The notes under the pieces are model-generated. The model worked only from the letters and a program-made list of their open reading frames with translations, ran no database searches and was not told the DNA's origin. From NCBI GenBank assembly GCA_045863335.1, contig BTVY01000002.1, forward strand, positions 1-64,000: a DNA stretch of 64,000 nucleotides, in the 5' to 3' direction. The position numbers were made by a program, and so were the translations under genes. This document shows, one piece after another, positions 8,496-18,221 of the stretch (position 1 is its first letter; every line of letters starts with the position of its first letter). Origin of the DNA: Candidatus Hydrogenedentota bacterium. GTDB lineage: Bacteria; Hydrogenedentota; Hydrogenedentia; Hydrogenedentales; SLHB01.

Positions 8496-10703
8496 ATGCG
8501 TTCACGTACGTTCTGCCTGTTTGTCGCGTTCATGACGGGCGCGATGCACGTTCATGCCGATCCGGCGATAGACCCCTGGCTGGTTTCCCAAGACTGGACC
8601 CGCGACGCAGACGGGCCGGTATTGTCGCTCGGGCAAACAGGGCAATTCGACGACACGCATCTATTCGCGCCTGCGGTCATTTACGAGGACGGCGTGTATT
8701 CCATGTACTACTGCGGCTCTCAGGCGGATGTGGCGAACCGGGTGTTCGCCATGGGGCTGGCGACGAGCACGGACGGCAATAACTTCACGCGCGTAACCGA
8801 GGAGCCGGTGTTCCGCTTTGATGACGCGACGCGTTCGGTGTTGACGCCCACGTTTTTGCGTTCGCCTGACGGATCGGTCCTGCGTGAAAACGGACGGCTT
8901 CGAATGTGGTTTTCGAGCACCGACTTTCCATCGGGCGACGGCATCCACACCTTGCACGAGACCTTCAGCGAAGATGGCAAGACATGGGACGCGCCCTCCC
9001 CCACACTGCTGACGGGCGTGTACGCGCCCACGGTCTTGCTCACAGGCGAATTCTATCGCATGTGGTATGCGGACGTGTCGGCGGAGCCTTGGGTCATACG
9101 CCACGCGATCAGCCGCGACGGAACGCAGTGGCACGTCACGGAGAAGCCGTGCATTGAATTGGACCAGGACTGGGAAACGCGGCGGCTCTTCTACCCCACG
9201 GTGCTGAAGATCGGTGACCGGTATTGCATGTGGTACGGCGCGTACTGGACCGCTCGCGACAACACGACGGCGCTGGGCTTCGCGGTGAGCGACGACGGGC
9301 TGACGTGGACGAAGCATCCGGACAACCCCGTGTATACGCCGGACCCGTCGCGGGATTGGGAATCGCACTACACGACGAGTCAATCCGTATTACGCGATGC
9401 CGCCGGGTCGTTGCGCATCTGGTACGCAACGCGGCCTGCGCCGCCCTTCGACCACAAGTACTTCGCCATCGGCACGGCACGCTGGGAGCAAGGGTTTCCG
9501 GCGGAGACCGCTCAGCGCATCCATCCCATGAACTGGCCCGAACGGAGCGCCACCTTGCGCGAGTGGATGGCGGCCAGTTTGACGCTGCCTTCGGCGCGAG
9601 TACCGCTCGATCCGCAAACGCACCGGGAGCGCGAACTCCCCCACTGCCGGATCGAATCGATTTCCTACCAGAGCGAAACGGGATCGCGCGTGACAGCGTT
9701 GTTCTACCTGCCGAAAGACATGAACGGACCTGTCCCCGCAATCCTGGTTGCTTGCGGACATGGCGGCTCGAAATCCGCCCTGTACGCCCAGTATGCGGGC
9801 CAGCTCTACGCGTCCATGGGCTTTGCCGTGCTCGTGCCAGACACGATCGGTGAGGAAGAGCGCAATGTCGAGGGCAAGATGGGCAGCCGCGCGCACGACT
9901 TGTACCGGTTCAACCAGCAGGAGCGCATCGACTTCGTGCAAAACACCCTCAAGCGAAGCATCCTCGGCAAGATCGTGTGGGACCTGATCCGCGGCGTGGA
10001 CTACCTGGCGCAGCGGCCGGAGGTCGATCCCGGTCGCATCGGGTTGGCGGGGAACTCGCTGGGCGGAACCTCGGCGGGATGCGTCGGGGTTTTGGAGCCG
10101 CGCATCCATGCCACCTTGATCAGCGGTTGGGGATTCACCCGGCTCGGGGTGGTGCGAGGGAAGGAGTGCACGCGACTGCCATACGAAGAATTCGCTCGCG
10201 TCATGAGCTTCGCGGAGATGACGGCACTTTTCGCGCCCCACAGCGCCGCGCTCTTCTACTCCGGCGACCGCGATCTCATCATCGACAGTTTTGAAGACGG
10301 CGCGGCGCTGGTGCGGTACATCAAGGCCAACGTGGCGGGCGCACGGCAGATCCTGGACGACTCCGGAATTCCCCACGACATTGGCTACCGGTTCGCGCCG
10401 GGCGCCGATCACCGGCCCCTGTTTCTCGCGCCCGACTCGGTGCTCTGGTTCCAAGAACGGCTCATGCATGAAGATGAACGCCGTCCGCTGCCTGACGATA
10501 CCGTGAAGTTCGGGGAGTGGGCGGATCGCTCCGGGCAACCGTTGGAGAAACTCTACAGCACCGAAGAGCGGCAATATGGCTTGATCGTTCCCGATATGGG
10601 GGTCGAGTATTTGGCACCGCCGGAGTTGGCTTGTTTCCCGGGAGAAGCAGGCAATCCCGAGTACACCTTTGAGGGATGGATGGACCTCGTTTTGGGTCAA
10701 TAA
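8496..10703 (+). CDS. Secreted fusion: five-bladed beta-propeller glycosidase-like domain plus alpha/beta-hydrolase (acetyl xylan esterase-like)
   Basis: Propeller repeats (FAPAVI, YAPTVL, FYPTVL, SDDGLTWTK); C-terminal CGHGG, DYLAQRPEVDPGRIG and GNSLGG nucleophile elbow. Confidence 0.8.
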   Translation: MRSRTFCLFVAFMTGAMHVHADPAIDPWLVSQDWTRDADGPVLSLGQTGQFDDTHLFAPAVIYEDGVYSMYYCGSQADVANRVFAMGLATSTDGNNFTRVTEEPVFRFDDATRSVLTPTFLRSPDGSVLRENGRLRMWFSSTDFPSGDGIHTLHETFSEDGKTWDAPSPTLLTGVYAPTVLLTGEFYRMWYADVSAEPWVIRHAISRDGTQWHVTEKPCIELDQDWETRRLFYPTVLKIGDRYCMWYGAYWTARDNTTALGFAVSDDGLTWTKHPDNPVYTPDPSRDWESHYTTSQSVLRDAAGSLRIWYATRPAPPFDHKYFAIGTARWEQGFPAETAQRIHPMNWPERSATLREWMAASLTLPSARVPLDPQTHRERELPHCRIESISYQSETGSRVTALFYLPKDMNGPVPAILVACGHGGSKSALYAQYAGQLYASMGFAVLVPDTIGEEERNVEGKMGSRAHDLYRFNQQERIDFVQNTLKRSILGKIVWDLIRGVDYLAQRPEVDPGRIGLAGNSLGGTSAGCVGVLEPRIHATLISGWGFTRLGVVRGKECTRLPYEEFARVMSFAEMTALFAPHSAALFYSGDRDLIIDSFEDGAALVRYIKANVAGARQILDDSGIPHDIGYRFAPGADHRPLFLAPDSVLWFQERLMHEDERRPLPDDTVKFGEWADRSGQPLEKLYSTEERQYGLIVPDMGVEYLAPPELACFPGEAGNPEYTFEGWMDLVLGQ

Positions 10704-10842
10704 GTCTGCATAACGGTGGTGTGTCGTAGCGACGGTGCTCGCGGGCGTGGCGAAAGGTAGCCCCGCATTTCGGTAATTTGATATGCTTTGCCGCAGTACC
10801 TCTGTAAGGCATTCTCCCCCAACGAAGGATTGAAAACACAAC

Positions 10843-12099
10843 ATGGAGCAGTGGTCATTTTTGTCGGCGGACCAGGTGCGGGAAGTCGCGCGGAACTTCG
10901 GCACGCCCGTCTACGTGTACGATGAACGAACCCTCGAACAGCAGGCGCGGGCGCTCTTGGGTATCCCAAACGCATATGGCCTAACCGCGCGATTCGCAAT
11001 GAAGGCCTTGCCCAGCGCGGCGGTCGTGCGGCTCTTTGCCAATGCGGGGCTTCATATCGACGCCAGCAGCGGCTATGAGGCCGAGCGCGCGATGCGGGTG
11101 GGGGTGGCCCCGTCGCATATTCAGCTTACTGCACAGCAGATGCCGGAGAATCTGAGCGAACTCGTATCCCGAGGGATGCTGTTTAACGCGTGCTCGCTCC
11201 ATCAACTCGATACGTACGGACGATTGTTTCCGAATGCTGAAGTCTGCGTCCGGATTAACCCGGGCCTCGGTTCGGGCCACTCCAACCGCACCAACGTGGG
11301 GGGCCCGTCGGCAGCCTTCGGCATCTGGCACGAACATCTTGCCGATGTCGAGACCATTCGTCAGAAACATAATCTCCGAATCACGCGGATGCACACGCAC
11401 ATCGGCTCCGGCACGGACCCCGAAGTGTGGAACCGGTGCGCGCGAATGTCGCTGGAGATTGCGTCACGATTACCTGAGGTCACGACCCTTAGTCTAGGTG
11501 GCGGATTCAAAGCGGGCCGGATGCCCGGCGAAGCGTCCGTGGACCTTCAGGAAATCGGCAAGCTCATCGTGCAGGATTTCGAGGAGTTCCACGCCAACCA
11601 CGGGCGCAAGCTACACCTGGAGCTGGAACCCGGAACGTTTCTCGTGGCCAATGCGGGCGCAATCGTTTGCGGCGTCATTGACGTCATCGACACCGGCGCA
11701 GGCGGGTACCACTTCATCAAGGTCGACAGCGGGATGACCGAAGTGGTGCGGCCCAGCATGTACGGCGCGCAACATCCAATTGCAGTCGTCCCACACAAAG
11801 AGGAGACCCGCGGCACGCAGGACTACCTGGTGGTAGGCCACTGCTGCGAAAGCGGCGACGTGCTCACGCCGGAACCGGGCAACCCGGAAGGCTTGCTGCC
11901 GCGCACGCTGACCGAAGCGCGAATCGGGGACTATCTCGTTATCGGTGGCGCGGGCGCCTATTGTGCTGGCATGTCCACGAAGAACTACAACAGCTTTCCC
12001 GAGGCGCCGGAGGTCATGCTTTCCAAGGAGGGCACCTTCCTGCTCGTCCGCAAACGACAGACCCTCCAACAGATGGTCGCAAATGAGATGATGGCATGA
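10843..12099 (+). CDS. lysA: Diaminopimelate decarboxylase
   Basis: GTPVYVYD, FAMKA (PLP lysine), HTHIGSG, LGGGF, EPG, RPSMYGA, CESGD, GAY and NYNS motifs. Confidence 0.93.
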   Translation: MEQWSFLSADQVREVARNFGTPVYVYDERTLEQQARALLGIPNAYGLTARFAMKALPSAAVVRLFANAGLHIDASSGYEAERAMRVGVAPSHIQLTAQQMPENLSELVSRGMLFNACSLHQLDTYGRLFPNAEVCVRINPGLGSGHSNRTNVGGPSAAFGIWHEHLADVETIRQKHNLRITRMHTHIGSGTDPEVWNRCARMSLEIASRLPEVTTLSLGGGFKAGRMPGEASVDLQEIGKLIVQDFEEFHANHGRKLHLELEPGTFLVANAGAIVCGVIDVIDTGAGGYHFIKVDSGMTEVVRPSMYGAQHPIAVVPHKEETRGTQDYLVVGHCCESGDVLTPEPGNPEGLLPRTLTEARIGDYLVIGGAGAYCAGMSTKNYNSFPEAPEVMLSKEGTFLLVRKRQTLQQMVANEMMA

Positions 12100-12104
12100 T
12101 CTGC

Positions 12105-12245
12105 GGAGGGCGGGTTTTCCAACCCGCCAAACCCATAACCTGCGAGCGTCCGCCGCGACTGCGTAATTGTTGCGAAACGATACTGGCGCAGGCATCACTC
12201 CGGCGACCGGCGATCCGCGACGGCGGGTTGGAAAACCCGCCCTCC
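12105..12245. repeat. REP-like inverted doublet (family D) between convergent genes
   Basis: Exact 24-bp inverted repeat GGAGGGCGGGTTTTCCAACCCGCC at 12105-12128 and 12222-12245. Confidence 0.85.
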
Positions 12246-14272
12246 TAAGAACCCGTTGCTTCGCGATGCGGCCGGAAGCGTTCCAGGAGCAAGATTCCAG
12301 CGGTGCAGATGATCGCCGCGAGTGCGATGAGCCACCAGGGAAAACCTTGTTCCTCTTTCAGGGTGCGGTCGAGAAACGGTTGAATTGACTCCGGCACGTG
12401 CTCGCTCTGAAGAACGATGCCAGTCGTGTTGATGAGGAAATGGGTAAGCATGCCAGGGAAGATGGATCCGGATCGCCACACGAGATAGGTGAGCAGGATG
12501 CCGCTCAGGGCGGTTAGGATCATGCGGTGGATGCTGATGTGCGCCACTCCGAAGGCGATTCCCACGCAGAGAAACAAGGCCCACCACGGTAAGTGGCGTC
12601 GTAGTCCGGACAGTACTGCTCCGCGAAAGACGACCTCTTCACAGATGGCCGGCGATAGTGCAAGCACCAGAATGAGGAACCAGAGTGGCTGATTGCCGAG
12701 CCCGATGAGTTCTTCCATTTGCTTCGCAAGATCTTCCGGGAAGGGCAGAATCTTCTGCTGCCACACGCTGAACTGAAGGCTGAGCGTCGCCCAGCCCACG
12801 GCGACTATGAGCGTGGCGAGCCAAATGCCCGCTGGGGGGAGCCGCAAACTCAAAGCATTCCGAAGATCGACGCGCACGTACCAAAGCACGAGCAGCGTCG
12901 GCAGGAGGAAGAGTCCCCACTGGGTCACCACGATTCCCCAAACCGCGAGTTCAGACTGCGCGTAGGTGCCCACGTAGAAGAGCAACAGCAGGCACAACGT
13001 GAAAATGAACAGGGCAACGCCCGGCGTGGGTTCGCTGCGTGGCCGGAAGAACGAGCGGCGCAGTGTCAGGGGGAGGCCGCGATCCTCCGAGAGCACGACG
13101 TCCTCCCGCCGGAAGATCCGCGCGGCCACGTAGAGCGCGATGCACGCGTAGACGGTCGTGCTGAGCAGCACCATGACGATGGACTGGGGATCCACCTGCG
13201 ACGTCATCAGATCCTTGAACAGGAGGGCGAAGTTCGCGATTGGCACAAACTGCATCGATGTAGTCAGATGCACGCTGGGCACCGCGGCGTAACCGGAGGG
13301 AAACAGAAGGATCAGAAGGAACGGCGTCAGGAGGCTTTGCGCTTCGCGAAAACTTCGCGCAAGGACTGCGATGGACATCATGACGGCGGAAATGAAAAAA
13401 GCCAGCGGAAGCAGGGCCAGTATCACGACAACGACGCTGCTGATGGGCAGGCGCAACTCAAAGACACCCATGTCGCCCTGGAGCTGGGCAAGTTGAAAAG
13501 CAAAGGTCGCCACCATGCTGCCGAGGTTTGTCAGACCGGTCAGCAACGCGAGTATGAAGACGGTCAAGAATTTGCCGGAGAGAATCTCGTAACTGGATGT
13601 AGGTGTCGAGAGCAGCGTTTCAAAAGTGCCGCGCTCCTTTTCCCCCGCCGTCAAATCGATGGCGGGATAGAAGGCCCCGATGCCGAGCATGACGATCATT
13701 AACGGAGGCATGAGCATGCCCAAGACGACCTGGGTGGTCCGCGTGCTGGGCGCGACGTTCTCGCGGGATACTTCGAGGGGGTTCACGAAGTCGGCCGGAA
13801 TGCCCGCGTTTTCCAGACGGGTTTTCAGCAGATCTGCTTCGCGCTCGTTAAAGGCTTCCAGCAGCCGTTTGACGGCTTCCTGCGAGGCCGTGTCGGTCGC
13901 GTCGTAGAGGATCGTGATCTGCGCCGCGCGGCCTTCTTCCAGATCCTGTTGCAGGTCGCCTTCGAGGACGACGACCGCCTGAAGCCGTCCGGCAGCCAAT
14001 TCCGCTTCTGGATCGCCGGGGTACCTGAGGGCGATGCTTTGCTCACCGTGCAGCCAGTCTTCAAGGATACCAGCGTGGTCCGCAAGGATCGCCACACGGG
14101 AGGGCGCCTGAGCGACACGGTCCCGCTCCATCATGGCGGCCTGCGAGCCGAAGATGAACAGCGCTGGATAGAGCACAATCGGAATGCCCAGCATGGCGAT
14201 CAGCGTCCGCTTGTCGCGGAGCATGTCGAGCAGTTCCTTACGGAATATGACAAGTACGGTGTGAAACTTCAT
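12245..14272 (-). CDS. NatB-like ABC-2 permease fused to CPBP/CAAX intramembrane protease
   Basis: KELLDMLRDKRT and AGEKERGTFETLL (NatB-like); C-terminal EEVVFRG, FGVAH and HFLIN (CPBP motifs). Overlaps the upstream ATPase gene by ATGA. Confidence 0.88.
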   Translation of the reverse strand: MKFHTVLVIFRKELLDMLRDKRTLIAMLGIPIVLYPALFIFGSQAAMMERDRVAQAPSRVAILADHAGILEDWLHGEQSIALRYPGDPEAELAAGRLQAVVVLEGDLQQDLEEGRAAQITILYDATDTASQEAVKRLLEAFNEREADLLKTRLENAGIPADFVNPLEVSRENVAPSTRTTQVVLGMLMPPLMIVMLGIGAFYPAIDLTAGEKERGTFETLLSTPTSSYEILSGKFLTVFILALLTGLTNLGSMVATFAFQLAQLQGDMGVFELRLPISSVVVVILALLPLAFFISAVMMSIAVLARSFREAQSLLTPFLLILLFPSGYAAVPSVHLTTSMQFVPIANFALLFKDLMTSQVDPQSIVMVLLSTTVYACIALYVAARIFRREDVVLSEDRGLPLTLRRSFFRPRSEPTPGVALFIFTLCLLLLFYVGTYAQSELAVWGIVVTQWGLFLLPTLLVLWYVRVDLRNALSLRLPPAGIWLATLIVAVGWATLSLQFSVWQQKILPFPEDLAKQMEELIGLGNQPLWFLILVLALSPAICEEVVFRGAVLSGLRRHLPWWALFLCVGIAFGVAHISIHRMILTALSGILLTYLVWRSGSIFPGMLTHFLINTTGIVLQSEHVPESIQPFLDRTLKEEQGFPWWLIALAAIICTAGILLLERFRPHREATGS

Positions 14273-15027
14273 GCCGGGAGCGCCGCCTGCCGATGTACGA
14301 AGGCCAGGAATACGTCGTGCAGATTGTCCGTCATCGTCTCCTCGTAGAGGCGTTGCATCGTGTCCATAGCCATGATCTCGCCGGAGTACATCAACCCCAC
14401 GCGGTCGCACAAGAGTTCGGCCTCGGTCATGTAATGGGTCGAGAAAATGATGCTGTGCTGGCGCTGCTTGGCGTCGAGGATGAAATCCAGGATCGCCGTG
14501 CTGGTCATGATGTCCAGGCCCAGCGTTGGCTCGTCGAGAATCAGCACCGGCGGATCGTGCAACAATACACGCGCAATGGAGACTTTCTGGGTCTGGCCAG
14601 TGGAGAGCGTATCGCAGCGGCGCTCCATGAAGGGCTTCATGTCGAGCGACTCCGCCAGTTCTTCCGTGCGTTGGGCGATGGCGTCGTCGCGCATGCCATA
14701 AAGACGGCCAAAGTAGAGGAGCATTTCCCGCGCTTTGAGGCGACCGTACAGCTTGGTGTTGCCCGACAGGAAACCGACCTGCCGGCGCGCCTGCTCAGGA
14801 GCCTGCGACGCCGGGTGCCCCGCGATCCAGCATTGACCGGCGGTCGGCTGAATGATGGTGGCCAACATGCGCAGGAGCGTGGTCTTGCCGGCGCCGTTCG
14901 GTCCCAGCAATCCGAATATTTCCCCCGCCGAAACGGAAAACGTGGCATTCTTGACTGCGACCACAGGATCGCCCTTCGGACCGGAAAACTCCTTGCGGAG
15001 TCCTTCGGCGCGAATCATGGGTGCCAT
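14269..15027 (-). CDS. NatA-like ABC transporter ATP-binding protein
   Basis: Walker A GPNGAGKTT, signature LSTGQ, Walker B LILDEP, H-loop STH. Confidence 0.92.
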   Translation of the reverse strand: MAPMIRAEGLRKEFSGPKGDPVVAVKNATFSVSAGEIFGLLGPNGAGKTTLLRMLATIIQPTAGQCWIAGHPASQAPEQARRQVGFLSGNTKLYGRLKAREMLLYFGRLYGMRDDAIAQRTEELAESLDMKPFMERRCDTLSTGQTQKVSIARVLLHDPPVLILDEPTLGLDIMTSTAILDFILDAKQRQHSIIFSTHYMTEAELLCDRVGLMYSGEIMAMDTMQRLYEETMTDNLHDVFLAFVHRQAALPA

Positions 15028-15279
15028 GTCCCTATCGATTGGGTTTTCCTGATTCACGATCGCTAAGTTCCTGGAACGCTCATCTCGCAATTTCCTCAGA
15101 TTCGTCAAGAGCCTTGCACCTGTGCAGGGCTCCTGTCAAGCAAACAATTCGATTCTCGCAATCCTTCGCGGCCTTGTATCAGGAATGTTCCCGTTGTAGA
15201 GTGGCGTTAGCACTCTGGGCGCGAGGAATGCCGCGCCCCGACGGCCTTGGCTTGGCGCTTGCAAAACAAGGAGAACGAA

Positions 15280-15576
15280 ATGCCTTGTCTCCTCGTCTTG
15301 ATCGGACTCCTCATCCCCCGCGTGACACTGTTTTTCATGTGGCTGGTCGGCTATACGGCGACGGCCTTTGAAACGTATCTGTGGCCTCTGCTCGGGTTCT
15401 TCTTCATGCCCTACACGACCTGCGCGTACGCCATTGGCATGAACGCAAACGGCGGGTTCCGCGGCTGGAGCCTATTGCTACTCATCATCGCCATCGTGTT
15501 TGACATTGCGAACCACGGCGGCGGCGGCCGGGTCTACCAGCGGCGCGACGTGCGCGTGAACTACACCATCAAATAG
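15280..15576 (+). CDS. Small integral membrane protein, unknown function
   Basis: AAGGAG RBS; 98 aa, hydrophobic, with PR...WPLLGFFFMPYTT motif. Confidence 0.8.
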   Translation: MPCLLVLIGLLIPRVTLFFMWLVGYTATAFETYLWPLLGFFFMPYTTCAYAIGMNANGGFRGWSLLLLIIAIVFDIANHGGGGRVYQRRDVRVNYTIK

Positions 15577-15654
15577 CCCAAGCGGACCAACGATTACGCG
15601 CCTCCTTCTCGAATGGGATTGCGCTCTGGTATTATCCCCCCGGAAAGGAGCGCT

Positions 15655-16443
15655 ATGGGTAAAGCAGTAGCCTTAATCACTGGAGCGAGCCGCGGAATTG
15701 GACGCGGAATCGCGCTGACGCTCGCGGAGCACGGGTATGACATTGCGGGGTGCGCGACGAAGGCCGACCCTGCCAACACGGAATCGGGCCTGTATGAGGT
15801 CAAGACGCGTGTGGTGGAACTCGGTTGCCGGTTCCTTCCCGTTGCTGGCGACATGGCCAATCTCGACGATCACCCCAGGATGGTCGAAGAGGTGCTGGAA
15901 GCATTCGGAACCATTGATGTGCTCGTGAACAACGCCGGTGTCGGCGTGCTGAAACGCCTGAATATCCTGGAGACAACGGCGGAGAGTTTTGACCGGGTCG
16001 TTGGCATCAACCTGCGGGGGCCATTCTTTCTCACTCAATTGGTCGCCAATCAGATGATCAAACAGGTCGAATCCGGCGCCGCGTACGCGCCCAAGATTGT
16101 TTTCATTACGAGCGTATCCTCCGATACGGCAAGTCCATCGCGCGCGGAATATTGCGTGAGCAAGGCGGGGCTCAGCATGACGGCCCAAAGTTACGCAGTT
16201 CAACTCGCGCCCCATAACATCAATGTGTACGAGATTCGTCCCGGCATCATCGGGACGGATATGGCCTTTGCCGTAAAAGAGAAGTATGACAAGCTCATCG
16301 CGGATGGATTGCTTCTGCAATCACGTTGGGGAACGCCGGAGGACGTGGGCAAAGCGGTTGCGGCGTTGGCGGAGGGCTACTTCGACTACGCGACCGGCGC
16401 GGTGATCGAAATCGGCGGCGGATTTGGTGTCCGGCGGTTGTAG
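15655..16443 (+). CDS. Short-chain dehydrogenase/reductase (3-ketoacyl-ACP reductase-like)
   Basis: AAGGAG RBS; TGASRGIG, NNAG and YCVSK catalytic motif. Confidence 0.92.
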   Translation: MGKAVALITGASRGIGRGIALTLAEHGYDIAGCATKADPANTESGLYEVKTRVVELGCRFLPVAGDMANLDDHPRMVEEVLEAFGTIDVLVNNAGVGVLKRLNILETTAESFDRVVGINLRGPFFLTQLVANQMIKQVESGAAYAPKIVFITSVSSDTASPSRAEYCVSKAGLSMTAQSYAVQLAPHNINVYEIRPGIIGTDMAFAVKEKYDKLIADGLLLQSRWGTPEDVGKAVAALAEGYFDYATGAVIEIGGGFGVRRL

Positions 16444-16490
16444 CGGTCGCACATGGGGATAAACACGGAATTCCGGGAGACGGAGATACT

Positions 16491-18071
16491 ATGAAATTTG
16501 CGACACCACTGTTCTTATTTGCCATCGTGGCCGCGGTTGCCCATGCGCAGGTAACCACGAATCCAACTGAGGCAAGCGATCAGACCTACGACGTGATCGT
16601 TTACGGCGGCACCTCGGGCGGTGTAGCGGCCGCGTTGCAGGCTTCGCGCATGGGCAAGTCCGCGATCATCGTGCATCCGGGCGGGCATCTCGGCGGCCTT
16701 TCGTCCAGCGGGTTGGGCGCGACCGACATCGGCAACAAGGCGGCTATTGGCGGCATCTCGCGGGAGTTCTACAAACGGCTCGGGAAACATTACGGACAGG
16801 ATGAAGCGTGGACCTTTGAGCCGCACGTCGCGGAGAACACCTTCAACGCCATGGTCGCGGAAGCGGGGATTCCGGTGGTGCTGAACGAGCGCCTCGATCT
16901 CAAAAACGGTGTCGAGAAACAGGGTGGCCGCATCGTTGCGATTACCATGGAAAGTGGCCGCCGGTATGCGGGCACGATGTTCATCGATGCCACCTACGAA
17001 GGCGATCTGATGGCCAAGGCGGGTGTGGCGTACCACGTAGGCCGGGAGTCGAACGCGACCTACAACGAGACCTTGAATGGCGTGCAGACGAAGAACGCCA
17101 AATACCACCAGTTTGAATGCGCCATCGATCCGTATGTGGTCGAAGGCGATCCGTCGAGCGGGTTACTTCCCGGCATTCAGGAAGGCGGCCCCGGCGAAGA
17201 AGGCAGCGGCGATCACCGCGTGCAGGCCTATTGCTTCCGCATGTGCATGACGAACGAACCCGACAATCGTATGCCCTTTCCCAAGCCCGACCCTTACGAT
17301 CCGCTGCGATACGAACTGCTGCTGCGGTACATGAACGCCGGTCACTGGACCGTGCTGAACCTGTCGAAGGCAATGCCCAACAACAAGACCGACACGAACA
17401 ACAAGGGCGCCTTCGCGACGGATAATATCGGCATGAACTACGAGTACCCCGACGGCGACTATGCCACGCGGGAGCGCATCATTGAAGAGCACAAGGACTA
17501 CCAGCAAGGGCTCATGTGGTTCCTTGCCAACGATCCGCGGGTTCCCAAGCACATCCAGGACGAAGTGAATCAGTGGGGTCTGCCCAAGGACGAGTTCACA
17601 GATAACGGCGGATGGCCGCACGAACTCTACATCCGTGAAGCGCGGCGGATGATATCGGACTACGTGATGACGCAGCACGATTGCCAAGGCCATACTGAAA
17701 TTAACGACGCCATCGGCCTGGCGGCGTACACGATGGATTCCCATCACGTACAGCGCTACGTCAAGGATGGGCGCGTGTGGAATGAGGGAGACGTTCAGGT
17801 CGGCGGATTCCCGCCGTACCCCATCGCGTATCGCTCAATCCGGCCCAGGCGGGAGGAATGCGAGAACCTGCTCGTGCCGGTCTGCCTGTCGGCGTCGCAT
17901 ATAGCCTTCGGGTCCATCCGCATGGAACCCGTGTTCATGGTGCTGGGTCAGTCGGCCGCGACCGCCGCATGCATGGCCATCGACGGAGAGAGCGCCGTGC
18001 AGGACTTGGACATTTCAGAATTGCAGAAACGGCTCAAAGACGACGCGCAGATCCTGGCTTGGGAAGGCTGA
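16491..18071 (+). CDS. Secreted FAD-dependent oxidoreductase (FAD_oxidored-like)
   Basis: GGAG RBS, signal peptide, VYGGTSGG, FIDATYEGD, YIREARR, SIRMEPVFM. Confidence 0.9.
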   Translation: MKFATPLFLFAIVAAVAHAQVTTNPTEASDQTYDVIVYGGTSGGVAAALQASRMGKSAIIVHPGGHLGGLSSSGLGATDIGNKAAIGGISREFYKRLGKHYGQDEAWTFEPHVAENTFNAMVAEAGIPVVLNERLDLKNGVEKQGGRIVAITMESGRRYAGTMFIDATYEGDLMAKAGVAYHVGRESNATYNETLNGVQTKNAKYHQFECAIDPYVVEGDPSSGLLPGIQEGGPGEEGSGDHRVQAYCFRMCMTNEPDNRMPFPKPDPYDPLRYELLLRYMNAGHWTVLNLSKAMPNNKTDTNNKGAFATDNIGMNYEYPDGDYATRERIIEEHKDYQQGLMWFLANDPRVPKHIQDEVNQWGLPKDEFTDNGGWPHELYIREARRMISDYVMTQHDCQGHTEINDAIGLAAYTMDSHHVQRYVKDGRVWNEGDVQVGGFPPYPIAYRSIRPRREECENLLVPVCLSASHIAFGSIRMEPVFMVLGQSAATAACMAIDGESAVQDLDISELQKRLKDDAQILAWEG

Positions 18072-18132
18072 CGCAAGCTTCTAGCGCATTTACGGCGATT
18101 CTCGTTCCATACTCGCTCCCGGCATGTGAGGG

Positions 18133-18166
18133 AACATCCCCCTAAATCCCCCTTTCAAAGGGGGAC
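18133..18166. repeat. REP-like palindrome (family C)
   Basis: AACATCCCCCTAAATCCCCCTTTCAAAGGGGGAC, between convergent genes. Confidence 0.7.
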
Positions 18167-18221
18167 TTTGAGCAACATATCCAGCAGCAGTTCTTTGACA
18201 AGACACTTAGGGTTCACGGCA

